Positions 32,039 to 41,138 of a stretch of 64,000 nt of DNA are shown one piece after another. Position 1 is the stretch's first letter. Each line of letters starts with the position of its first letter. Source of the DNA: an uncultured Methanolobus sp. (GTDB lineage: Archaea > Halobacteriota > Methanosarcinia > Methanosarcinales > Methanosarcinaceae); the NCBI GenBank assembly GCA_963675495.1, contig OY776215.1, forward strand, positions 2,304,001-2,368,000. Direction: 5' to 3'. Both the position numbers and the translations under genes were made by a program. The notes under the pieces are model-generated. The model made no database searches. It saw only the letters and a list, made by a program, of their open reading frames with translations, and had not been told where the DNA came from.

Positions 32039-33270
32039 TTATCATGAATACTAAAGGTATTTTTACAAAAGCGGTTCAGATCCTTCTGGTTATTTCATCT
32101 GTCCTTGCGCTTATGTGTCTACCAGCGGCAGCTGTTTACCACAATGAACTGCCGTGCGATGCGAATAGCGATGATCTTATAGGTGAGGATGAATTATCTG
32201 ATGCAATTTGCGATATCATGCTTGGTTCAGGCGATCAGTCTCTTGATGATGTAGGCGATGCCGCTTATATTTACACTTACTGGAATGGTGAACCTTTGAC
32301 AGTTACCGATCACTATGGAAGCAGAGAAGTGACACTGTACCGCCCGGTAGAAAGGATTGCACTTGCATCGACCCCATCTGCCAGAATAATTTCATCACTG
32401 GGTGCGGCAGATAAGGTCGTGGGAGTTTACAATAGTATCAAGACCGATGATAATCTCATAGTAACAAAGGCATATCCGGAACTTAAGAGTGCAACTGATA
32501 TAAGTGACGGATATGGTGCCAACGTGGAAGCAGTTATTGGATTAGAACCCGATGTTGTGTTCTATTCTGCCTCAAGTACAGCAGCAACACTTCAGGATCA
32601 GACAGGAGTCCCGGTTGTAGCTCTTAGTGCTACATACGGTATTGATTTTAATGATGATGTAGGTGCCTATAACGTCTGGAGACTCGCAGGCGAGATCGTG
32701 GGTGAGGAAGAGAGAGCCGAGCAGTTGATCGAATATTCCCAGGCCAAGATGAACACAGTATCATCAATTTCATCAACCATTCCGTCTGATAATATATCGG
32801 TTGCATACATTGCCTCTGGTGGGGACAATGCTATCATTAAATGCGCACCAACCTATTACGCACTGGATATTGCCGGCGGTGTAAACCCGGCAGACGGTTT
32901 GCCTTCCAGCTGGGGATCAGCCGAGGTTACAAAAGAGCAGATCATCGCATGGAATCCTGATGCGATGTTTATAAGGTTCTACAAGACTGACCAGACCCTA
33001 ACAAAAGATGCTGTAATGGCTGATTCGGCCCTTGCTACTGTTTCAGCTGTTAAGGATTCAAAGGTATATTACATAAGAGGCTCATCCAATGGAATGGATC
33101 CTGCAATATCCATATCCGACTCAATGCGTATGGCAAAATTGCTATATCCTGATTTCTTTGTAAACCTTGACGTCGAAGCAGAAGGCGATGATATCTACAA
33201 TGAATTCTATGGTGTTGACGGCCTTTATACCGATATGCTGAATGATTTTGGAGTATTTGAGAGCTGGTAA
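32032..33270 (+). CDS. Fe/B12-type ABC substrate-binding protein with N-terminal dockerin/EF-hand-like module
   Basis: Signal peptide, CDANSDDLIGEDEL, then LTVTDHYGSREVTLYRPVERI SBP start. Confidence 0.85.
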   Translation: MVIIMNTKGIFTKAVQILLVISSVLALMCLPAAAVYHNELPCDANSDDLIGEDELSDAICDIMLGSGDQSLDDVGDAAYIYTYWNGEPLTVTDHYGSREVTLYRPVERIALASTPSARIISSLGAADKVVGVYNSIKTDDNLIVTKAYPELKSATDISDGYGANVEAVIGLEPDVVFYSASSTAATLQDQTGVPVVALSATYGIDFNDDVGAYNVWRLAGEIVGEEERAEQLIEYSQAKMNTVSSISSTIPSDNISVAYIASGGDNAIIKCAPTYYALDIAGGVNPADGLPSSWGSAEVTKEQIIAWNPDAMFIRFYKTDQTLTKDAVMADSALATVSAVKDSKVYYIRGSSNGMDPAISISDSMRMAKLLYPDFFVNLDVEAEGDDIYNEFYGVDGLYTDMLNDFGVFESW

Positions 33271-33376
33271 TAAGCAAGATATAAAGTATTTGTTGTGTTG
33301 GGTTTTATCTCAACACACAGCCTTTTTTTATTTCAATTCACATTAAGATGACCTAACAGTGTTGTGAGTCAAAAAA

Positions 33377-34456
33377 ATGAAAGCTATTCCAAACGGTACA
33401 CGTGGCACATCAGACATAAAAGAGGAATACAGTTCCCTGGTCGGGAGAAAAGTACTATTCATAGTGATTCTCATTTTTTCCCTTATTGCGATAATTGGAA
33501 TAGCGTCAACAATCGGTGTTCTTGAATTTACGGTCAGGGATGTGTACCTTTCGATCTTTAATGCGGTCTTCCCGGGTCATTTTGAGGTGCCCGAAGTCGT
33601 AGATCTTGTCGTGCTGCAGATAAGGCTTCCGCGTATCTGTCTTGGAATATTGGCAGGTATGGGTCTTGGTATTGCAGGTTGTGTGATGCAGGGTATACTT
33701 AGAAACCCGCTTGCATCCCCCTACACACTTGGCATTTCATCTGGTGCTGGTTTTGGTGCCGCAGTTGCAATAATCCTTGGAGCAGGAGTTGTGGGCGGCG
33801 AATACCTGATAATAGGAAATGCTTTTATCGGGGCTCTGCTGTGTTCCTCTATAATCCTGCTCCTTTCAAGCAGGAGAAATGCAACCCCTGAATCCATGCT
33901 GCTTGCCGGCATAGCTTTGATGTACCTGTTATCCGCAAGCACATCATTATTGCAGTATTTTGCAGACGATGAAGCAACAAAGGAAGTAATGTTCTGGATG
34001 ATAGGTAGTCTTTCATATGCAAGCTGGAGTAAAATATCTGCGATCGCGGTTGTACTTATTTTTACATTCCCCTTGCTTCTGTGGAAATCAACAGATCTCA
34101 ACCTGATAAGTGCAGGCGATGAAACAGCCAAGAGTCTGGGAGTAAACGTCAAACAAACAAGAATCCTGTTGATGGTAGTGGCATCCCTTCTTACAGCCAG
34201 CATTGTCTGTTTTACAGGAACAATTGGCTTTATAGGTCTGGTTGCCCCTCACATGACCCGCATGATAATCGGAGGAGATAACAGATTTGTATTCCCCATA
34301 TCCGCTCTTTTGGGTGGTGTTCTTCTGACCGTGGCAGACATGGTTGCAATAACGATCATAGAACCTACTATTATTCCGATCGGCATAATGACGGCTTATA
34401 TGGGAGTTCCGCTATTTCTGTACCTCATAATAAATAGAAGAAAAGATTACTGGTAA
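33377..34456 (+). CDS. FecCD/BtuC-type ABC permease
   Basis: IRLPR, LRNPLASPYTLG, IGFIGLVAPH. Confidence 0.95.
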   Translation: MKAIPNGTRGTSDIKEEYSSLVGRKVLFIVILIFSLIAIIGIASTIGVLEFTVRDVYLSIFNAVFPGHFEVPEVVDLVVLQIRLPRICLGILAGMGLGIAGCVMQGILRNPLASPYTLGISSGAGFGAAVAIILGAGVVGGEYLIIGNAFIGALLCSSIILLLSSRRNATPESMLLAGIALMYLLSASTSLLQYFADDEATKEVMFWMIGSLSYASWSKISAIAVVLIFTFPLLLWKSTDLNLISAGDETAKSLGVNVKQTRILLMVVASLLTASIVCFTGTIGFIGLVAPHMTRMIIGGDNRFVFPISALLGGVLLTVADMVAITIIEPTIIPIGIMTAYMGVPLFLYLIINRRKDYW

Positions 34457-34493
34457 ACACTCACAAAAGAATGGCGCAGAGAAGGGAAAGGAA

Positions 34494-35276
34494 ATGAAAT
34501 TGACAATAAATGATCTGGATTTTAGTTATTCAAGTACTCCTATTCTCAAAAATGTCAAAATGGAACTAAATCCTGGAGAAGTCGTAAGCATCCTTGGCCC
34601 CAACGGGGCAGGCAAATCCACACTCATAAAGTGTATAGACCGCATACTGAACCCTCACAGTGGAGAGATACGGTTAGGTGACAGAGATGTTGAAAGTATG
34701 AGCAATATGGAAATTGCCAGGCACATGGGTTATGTCCCACAATCAGCAGGACGTATGTTCCCTGCCACGGTTCTCGATACGGTCCTGATGGGGAGAAGAC
34801 CCCACGTAACCTGGAGATTCAACGATAAAGATATCGATAAAGCATTAAATGCCCTTGAATTGATGGGAATTGAAGGTTTTGCTTTTCGTGACTATGGTGA
34901 ACTTAGTGGAGGACAACAGCAAAGGGTAATTATTGCCCGTGCGATCGCCCAGGAAACAGACATTCTGCTCCTGGATGAACCCACTAGCAATCTTGATATA
35001 AAGCACCAGATCGAAAGCATGGAGATTGTAAAAAAGATGGTCAAGGATACAGGTATCTCCGCGATAATGGCTATTCACGATCTGAATCTTGGTGCGAGGT
35101 ATTCGGACAGAATAATAATGATGTCCGAGGGAAATATTGTTGCAATGGGTTCTCCGTTCTCGGTGCTGACCGCAGAGAACATTGCATCTGTTTATGGTGT
35201 TGAAGCCGCAGTAAAAGAGGAAGAAGGAATTCCTTATGTTGTTCCTTTGAGATCGAGCGGATTGCAAGGTACGTGA
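34494..35276 (+). CDS. FecE/BtuD-type ABC ATP-binding subunit
   Basis: GPNGAGKS, LSGGQ, LLLDEPT. Confidence 0.95.
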   Translation: MKLTINDLDFSYSSTPILKNVKMELNPGEVVSILGPNGAGKSTLIKCIDRILNPHSGEIRLGDRDVESMSNMEIARHMGYVPQSAGRMFPATVLDTVLMGRRPHVTWRFNDKDIDKALNALELMGIEGFAFRDYGELSGGQQQRVIIARAIAQETDILLLDEPTSNLDIKHQIESMEIVKKMVKDTGISAIMAIHDLNLGARYSDRIIMMSEGNIVAMGSPFSVLTAENIASVYGVEAAVKEEEGIPYVVPLRSSGLQGT

Positions 35277-35742
35277 GTTCAGCACAATGACAATACCAAT
35301 GCTTGCCTATGAAGTCTTCTTGAAATGACATTATTTGAGCACAAGGTACTGCATTTGACTGTAAAATTAATAATCAGACTATAAAAATTATTTGTTGGAA
35401 TAGTGAATATTTCTATTCAATGACCTTTTTAACCCAAGTTTGAGAGTTTTCACTCTTTGATGGAGACAATGTCTTCTCTTTCAACCCAAAGTTTCCATTT
35501 TTTGTCCGGAAAATCTATTTGACAGTTTAAACAATTTAGTACAAATTACTACGATTTGACCCATTTTTGCTCTATAAGCAGTGTATTTTTCGCATCAAAG
35601 TTGGCATAAATGTACTTTTTTGTCTGAACATCCTGAATATAATATTCACAGATTCTTTTCAATTTTACTTTTTTAAAACCACATTAATTTATTGATTTTT
35701 GAGATACTTACTGCAACTTTAGTTCTATTGAAAATCTGCAAG

Positions 35743-35760
35743 TGCGTAATATTAATATGT
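35743..35760 (+). promoter_or_regulatory. Promoter (BRE/TATA-like) of the host tRNA-Leu
   Basis: TGCGTAATATTAATATGT ending 30 nt before the tRNA 5' half; near-identical copy at 35882-35899. Confidence 0.65.
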
Positions 35761-35790
35761 AAAGTATATGTTTACAACATGTTCTTTTGT

Positions 35791-35833
35791 GCGGGGGTTG
35801 CCCAGCCTGGCCAAAGGCGCAGGGCTTAGGACC
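35791..35833 (+). pseudogene. 5' half of host tRNA-Leu(TAG), interrupted at attL
   Basis: GCGGGGGTTGCCCAGCCTGGCCAAAGGCGCAGGGCTTAGGACC, then non-tRNA sequence; joined to 50637-50678 it gives an 85-nt cloverleaf. Confidence 0.92.
35821..35833 (+). repeat. attL core
   Basis: AGGGCTTAGGACC identical to 50624-50636. Confidence 0.9.
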
Positions 35834-35881
35834 ATATTCATAGGGCTTCATAGTATTTTCATCTAAAAATAGACTTGTGAA

Positions 35882-35899
35882 TGCGCAATATTAATATGT
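35882..35899 (+). promoter_or_regulatory. Promoter of the element-borne tRNA-Leu
   Basis: TGCGCAATATTAATATGT, 17/18 identical to the host promoter, same 30-nt spacing. Confidence 0.65.
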
Positions 35900-35929
35900 G
35901 AACAATATCTTTAATGATTATTCTTTTAT

Positions 35930-36014
35930 GCGAGGGTTGCCCAGCCAGGTCAAAGGCGATGGGCTTAGGACCCATTATCGTAGGATTTCGTGTGTTCGAA
36001 TCACACCCCTCGCA
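35930..36014 (+). tRNA. tRNA-Leu(TAG), element-encoded, intact
   Basis: GCGAGGG/CCCTCGC acceptor, ATGGG-ctTAGga-CCCAT anticodon arm, variable arm ATC-gtag-GAT, GTGTG-TTCGAAT-CACAC. Confidence 0.95.
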
Positions 36015-36066
36015 CTTGTTTTTAGGGATATAGGTAACGTAGCACTTGTTTTTTGGGATATAGGTA
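36012..36066 (+). repeat. Tandem 25-bp direct repeat (30-bp period) after the element tRNA
   Basis: GCACTTGTTTTTAGGGATATAGGTA and GCACTTGTTTTTTGGGATATAGGTA, one mismatch. Confidence 0.85.
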
Positions 36067-36091
36067 TCCTGAAAAACAGATACTCAGGATT

Positions 36092-36988
36092 TTACAATGT
36101 TAATTGTTTAATTGCTTCGTTTAATTTAGCAATTTGATCTAATTGATCAAAAATTCCTCCTTCCTGTAAGAATTTTAGAAGAAGGTAACAATAAAATCCA
36201 TAAAGATTGGACAAAATATCTCTGATAGCGTCCATCTCATAAACCTTATTTCCAAAAATTAATTCTTTTGTGTCACTATCATAGTAATAATCAGAATGGG
36301 CAATTTTATTTCTAATAAAAGAGTTTTGAACAATATCACAGTTCCATCCATTCAAGAACTCTTGTGTGTTAAAATAATTAATTAATTCACCTCTGGAAAT
36401 TGTCATCCCTTTCATTTTTGTTTTTCGATATGTTTTACAGAATTTCTTTGATTTTTCATCTTGCCTTCTTTGTTTGTAAGCTATTTTCACTGTAATATCT
36501 GTCAAAAAGAGGATTGTTAATTCATAAATCTGCACATATGTCGTTAATACCTGATTTAATCTGAATTCAATAGAAAAATTTTCATGATTTATCTTCTCCA
36601 TATCACTTGCAATTTGCTGCAAATTCCATACTTTAGGAAAATGTGACCATAAATCATTACCAAGTCCTTTTCCTTTTGTTTCTTTATAGAGTTGAGTTAT
36701 TAATCTATCAATAAAATCTATGCTTTGTGCGTCTAGTTTTTCACTCTGTGAAAGCAAGTCTTGCAAAAAACCTACAAGTTGGTCATGAGTGCTTGACATT
36801 TGGTAACAAAAATCTTCCAGATTATTGGGATATTTTGTTTCAAATTCCTCGTTAACTAATTGCATAAATCCAGTTGGAATTTTAGTATTCAATTCGGATT
36901 CGATATTGTAAAAACGTCTATTAATCTCATCCTTAGCTTTTGGTTTAAAGTTTTTAAAGACATTTGGATCAAGAGTCATACTTCCCAT
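36092..36988 (-). CDS. Putative HEPN-domain protein (candidate RNase/toxin)
   Basis: Helical-looking 298-aa ORF with C-terminal R-x4-H motif IRNKIAH. Confidence 0.6.
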   Translation of the reverse strand: MGSMTLDPNVFKNFKPKAKDEINRRFYNIESELNTKIPTGFMQLVNEEFETKYPNNLEDFCYQMSSTHDQLVGFLQDLLSQSEKLDAQSIDFIDRLITQLYKETKGKGLGNDLWSHFPKVWNLQQIASDMEKINHENFSIEFRLNQVLTTYVQIYELTILFLTDITVKIAYKQRRQDEKSKKFCKTYRKTKMKGMTISRGELINYFNTQEFLNGWNCDIVQNSFIRNKIAHSDYYYDSDTKELIFGNKVYEMDAIRDILSNLYGFYCYLLLKFLQEGGIFDQLDQIAKLNEAIKQLTL

Positions 36989-37112
36989 TCACCTTATGTT
37001 TGGTTTAGAAATACTATTCGTTAAGCAAGATTTCATTACATGTAGTATTTATTTATACTTATAAATAGAATATGTTATAAAGTTCGTCTACTATTACTTT
37101 TGAGGATTCACA

Positions 37113-39953
37113 ATGCTTGATCTCAACGAATTCCAGACAAGGAAACAAAAAATCGATGTGCTTCTCAAAGAGCATGGATGGAACGTTTCTGACAGGTCAC
37201 AAGTTATTGTTGAGGTTGATACAAAACAATCTGATTTTAAAAAACAGCTCTACAAACAGGTTAATGAAACCCTGAAGAATGATTTAGAGAGCAAATATGT
37301 AGATTATCTCTTACTTGATAGTCTGGGCAATCCTATTGCTGTCATTGAAGCCAAGAGGACATCAAAAGACCCTATTGTTGGGCAAAAGCAAGCTGAGCAA
37401 TATGCTGATGACATTAAGGCTCAGACCGGAAAGGATGTTTTCATTTATCTTTCCAATGGATATGAAATATGGTTCTGGGATAGGGAACGTTATCCTGTAA
37501 GACAGGTCAAAGGATTCCACACTCAAAAAGACCTTGAAAGAATGGATTACCAGATACAGAGCGGCAAGATAGACCATGATATCGATGTTAATACGGATAT
37601 TGTTGACCGTGCAAAAAGCATTGAGGTTACAAAGAGAGTTGTGGAACATATCCGCAAAGGACATAGAAAAGCTCTTGTTGTTATGGCTACTGGCACAGGA
37701 AAGACCCGTGTTGCAATGGCTATCATTGACCAGCTCATGCGTGAGGGTCGTGCTCAGAAAATCTTGTTTTTAGCTGATCGTAGGGAACTTAGAAGACAGG
37801 CTTACGATAAGGGATTTATGAAATTCTTCCCGGATGAATCCAAGGAGAGAATTCTTTCAGGTAATTATGATCCAAATAAAAGACTGTATGTTTCCACCAT
37901 CCAGACATTTCAGGAGATCTACAGCCAGAAGGATAAGGATGGAAGATACAGAATATCACCGGGAGAGTTCGACCTTATATTTTCGGATGAGGCTCACAGA
38001 TCCATTTATTCCAAGTGGAAAGGAATATTCACCTATCTTGATGCAATCCAAATTGGATTGACTGCAACTCCGGCTGATATGGTTGATAGAGATACCTTCA
38101 GGTTCTTTGAGTGTGATGATGATTCTCCAACCGCTCTTTATTCTTATGAGGATGCAGTCAAAGATGGAGTTCTCTGCGATTTCAGAAAGAATGTTTCAGG
38201 TGCAAGGACACATTTCCAGATGAATGGCCTTAGGCCTGATGATCTTACCGAAAGTGAGCGTGAAGAACTGCTCAATAAAGGTATTGACCCTGATACTATT
38301 GATTTTGAAGGTACGGATCTTGAGAAGAAGGTTGCTTTGAAGGGAACATCTGAAGCGATTGTCCGGGAATTTATGGATTATTGCCTTACTGATCAATCGG
38401 GAACTCTGCCAGCTAAGACTATTTTCTTTGCTATATCTAAACTCCATGCAAAGAGACTCTGGGAAGCTTTTGAAAGGTTGTATCCAGAATATAAAGGCCA
38501 GCTTGCAAAGATGATCACCTCTGAGGATTCAAGGGCTTCACAGTTGATAGATGATTTCAAGACTAAATCATTCCCAAGGGTTGCAATCTCCATTGACATG
38601 ATGGATACTGGCATCGATGTTCCAGAGGTATGCAATCTGGTGTTTGCAAAGCCTGTATTCTCGAAGATCAAGTTCTGGCAGATGCTTGGGAGAGGCACAA
38701 GGGCTGATGGTGCATGTGGGTTTAGGGATTGGTTGCCAAATGGTGAAAAGGAATACTTCAAGGTTTTTGATTTCTGGAACAATTTTGAGTACTGGGACAT
38801 GAACCCGGAAGGTGTGAAGAACGAGCCAACTGAGGCTATCACCAATCGTATATTCCTTTTCAAGCTCAAACAAATGAACGAGTTGATGAGTCGTAGTAAT
38901 TATGAGCTTGTGGATCAGTTGAAGGGGAGCATTATCGAAGATATCAGAACCTTACCTCAGGATTCAGTGAGTATCAAAGAGTATCTTCAAGATGTGGAAA
39001 AGGCATTGTCACCAAAGCTATGGGATAATGTAGGACTCGATCCTCTTGCTTTCCTCCAGAAGAAGATCATGCCACTGATGAAGTTCAAACCTGATGTGAA
39101 TCTGAAGGAAGCCAGCTTTACGCTGATGTGTGAGAAACTTGCTTTTGCAGTGCTTCAAAACAATACTCATGAGATAGAACGCCTGAAGAAGTCCATTGCT
39201 GAAATGGTGGATCATCTTCCAAGGACTCTGGATAAAGTGTGCGATAAAGAGGTGTTCCTGGATGAGATTCTATCCAATGCGTTCTGGAGTGGTGTGGGTT
39301 TTGAGGATGCTAAAAGGATGGTGGATGAAGTTGCACCTCTTATGCCCTATATGTCCAGAGAAGCAAGAGAAACAATTGTTATTGATATGAGTGATACCAT
39401 TGCAGAGAGGAAACAATGGACTATCAAGGATGATGAAGCCGAGTATGTGACCACATACAGAGCGAAGGTGGAAGACTGGATAAAGGAACTTGCAGAAACG
39501 CATCCTGTTATCCGCAAAATAAAGAATGATGGGATACTGACCGAAAGCGACCTCCAGCAGCTTGAGAACACGCTTTTTAATTCAGAACTTACCCTGAATG
39601 AGTCAAAGTTAAAGCAGATCTACCACAGGCAGAACACAAGCCTTGTGGAACTGATAAGAAACATACTCGGACTCTATGAGTTCCCATCTCCCGAAGACAC
39701 AATCAAAGATGCTTTCCAGACCTTTGTCATCGAGAACAACAAACACTACACAGCCGACCAGCTCAATTTTATACGCACTCTCCAGACTGTTTTCCTGAGA
39801 AAGAAACACATTGAATTCTCAACTCTCTGGAATGCCCCCTTCACTAATTTTGGCACAACCGCACCCATGCCCATGTTCTCTCAAGAAGAGTTAAATGCCT
39901 TTGTCAACATCTGCAACGGAGTAGAAAGAGAGATTTTTGGTTCAGAGGCATAA
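37113..39953 (+). CDS. hsdR: Type I restriction enzyme R subunit
   Basis: VDY...IEAKR nuclease, ATGTGKT, DEAH, LTATP, QMLGRGTR. Confidence 0.95.
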   Translation: MLDLNEFQTRKQKIDVLLKEHGWNVSDRSQVIVEVDTKQSDFKKQLYKQVNETLKNDLESKYVDYLLLDSLGNPIAVIEAKRTSKDPIVGQKQAEQYADDIKAQTGKDVFIYLSNGYEIWFWDRERYPVRQVKGFHTQKDLERMDYQIQSGKIDHDIDVNTDIVDRAKSIEVTKRVVEHIRKGHRKALVVMATGTGKTRVAMAIIDQLMREGRAQKILFLADRRELRRQAYDKGFMKFFPDESKERILSGNYDPNKRLYVSTIQTFQEIYSQKDKDGRYRISPGEFDLIFSDEAHRSIYSKWKGIFTYLDAIQIGLTATPADMVDRDTFRFFECDDDSPTALYSYEDAVKDGVLCDFRKNVSGARTHFQMNGLRPDDLTESEREELLNKGIDPDTIDFEGTDLEKKVALKGTSEAIVREFMDYCLTDQSGTLPAKTIFFAISKLHAKRLWEAFERLYPEYKGQLAKMITSEDSRASQLIDDFKTKSFPRVAISIDMMDTGIDVPEVCNLVFAKPVFSKIKFWQMLGRGTRADGACGFRDWLPNGEKEYFKVFDFWNNFEYWDMNPEGVKNEPTEAITNRIFLFKLKQMNELMSRSNYELVDQLKGSIIEDIRTLPQDSVSIKEYLQDVEKALSPKLWDNVGLDPLAFLQKKIMPLMKFKPDVNLKEASFTLMCEKLAFAVLQNNTHEIERLKKSIAEMVDHLPRTLDKVCDKEVFLDEILSNAFWSGVGFEDAKRMVDEVAPLMPYMSREARETIVIDMSDTIAERKQWTIKDDEAEYVTTYRAKVEDWIKELAETHPVIRKIKNDGILTESDLQQLENTLFNSELTLNESKLKQIYHRQNTSLVELIRNILGLYEFPSPEDTIKDAFQTFVIENNKHYTADQLNFIRTLQTVFLRKKHIEFSTLWNAPFTNFGTTAPMPMFSQEELNAFVNICNGVEREIFGSEA

Positions 39954-39956
39954 CGG

Positions 39957-41138
39957 ATGAAAAATGAGTTACCAGATGGGTGGAAGTTAGCAAAATTAAA
40001 AGACATTACTGAATGTTTAGATAATAAGCGAGTCCCGTTGAACGGTGAGGAAAGACTAAAAATTCAGGGAAATGTTCCTTATTACGGTGCTAATGGACAA
40101 TTAGATAACATCAATCAGTATATTTTTGACGAAGAATTGTTACTTGTTGCCGAAGATGGCGGTTCATGGGGGAAAAAACAAATCTGTGCTTATATCATAC
40201 ATGGAAAATCATGGGTAAACAACCATGCTCATGTGCTCAGGATGAAAAAAGATGTTGAGATTTCATTCTTAATGCACTGCTTAAATGAAGCCGATTTAAA
40301 TAAGTACATTACGGGAACAACAAGGGGAAAGCTCAATAGAGCGAATATGGACAAAATAGAAATTCCTCTCCCATCCCTCGAAACCCAACAGAAGATTATC
40401 ACCATCCTTGAAAAAGCCGAAGAGACTAAAAAACAGCGGGCACAGGCTTATTATTTGTCACAGCAACTCCTGCAAAGTGTGTTTTTGGAAATGTTTGGTG
40501 ATCCTGTGAGGAATCCGATGGGGTGGGAAGTTAGGAAGTTGGGAGAATTATCAACAAAAATACTAAGTGGATCTACCCCAAAAGGCGGAGAACAAGTTTA
40601 CGTAAAAGAAGGAATCACTTTTTTTAGAAGCCAAAATGTTTGGAAAAATAGAATTGAATTTAGTGATATAGCATTTATTGATGAAGCGACCCATAATAAA
40701 ATGAAAAAAAGCAGTTTAAAAAATAAAGATATTTTAGTTACTAAAACAGGAAGAATAAATACCGAGAATAGTAGTTTAGGAAGAGCAGCACTATTCTTAG
40801 GAGAAAATAACAGTGCAAATATTAACGGACATGTTTATTTGATACGATTACAGGAAAATAATATACATAAATTTATTTTATTTATTCTAACAACAAATGC
40901 ATATAGAGACTATATTAGAAGTGTATGTGTTGGAGGAATTGATAAAAGACAGATAAATAAACACCATTTAGAAGAATTTCCAATTATTTACCCTCCCCTC
41001 CCCCTTCAAGAAAAATTTGCTGAAATCGTTGAACAAATTGAAAAAACAAAGCAATTCCAACAACAAGCATCCCAAGAACTCGATAATCTCTTCAACACAC
41101 TTATGCAAAAAGCCTTCAATGGAGAATTAGTATCATGA
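39957..41138 (+). CDS. hsdS: Type I R-M specificity subunit
   Basis: LPDGW start, two TRDs, conserved IPLPSLETQQKI and PPLPLQEKF, terminal KAFNGEL. Confidence 0.95.
   Translation: MKNELPDGWKLAKLKDITECLDNKRVPLNGEERLKIQGNVPYYGANGQLDNINQYIFDEELLLVAEDGGSWGKKQICAYIIHGKSWVNNHAHVLRMKKDVEISFLMHCLNEADLNKYITGTTRGKLNRANMDKIEIPLPSLETQQKIITILEKAEETKKQRAQAYYLSQQLLQSVFLEMFGDPVRNPMGWEVRKLGELSTKILSGSTPKGGEQVYVKEGITFFRSQNVWKNRIEFSDIAFIDEATHNKMKKSSLKNKDILVTKTGRINTENSSLGRAALFLGENNSANINGHVYLIRLQENNIHKFILFILTTNAYRDYIRSVCVGGIDKRQINKHHLEEFPIIYPPLPLQEKFAEIVEQIEKTKQFQQQASQELDNLFNTLMQKAFNGELVS

Noticed and set aside
35898-36137. 79-aa ORF
   Set aside because: It overlaps the intact tRNA-Leu and its terminator repeats.
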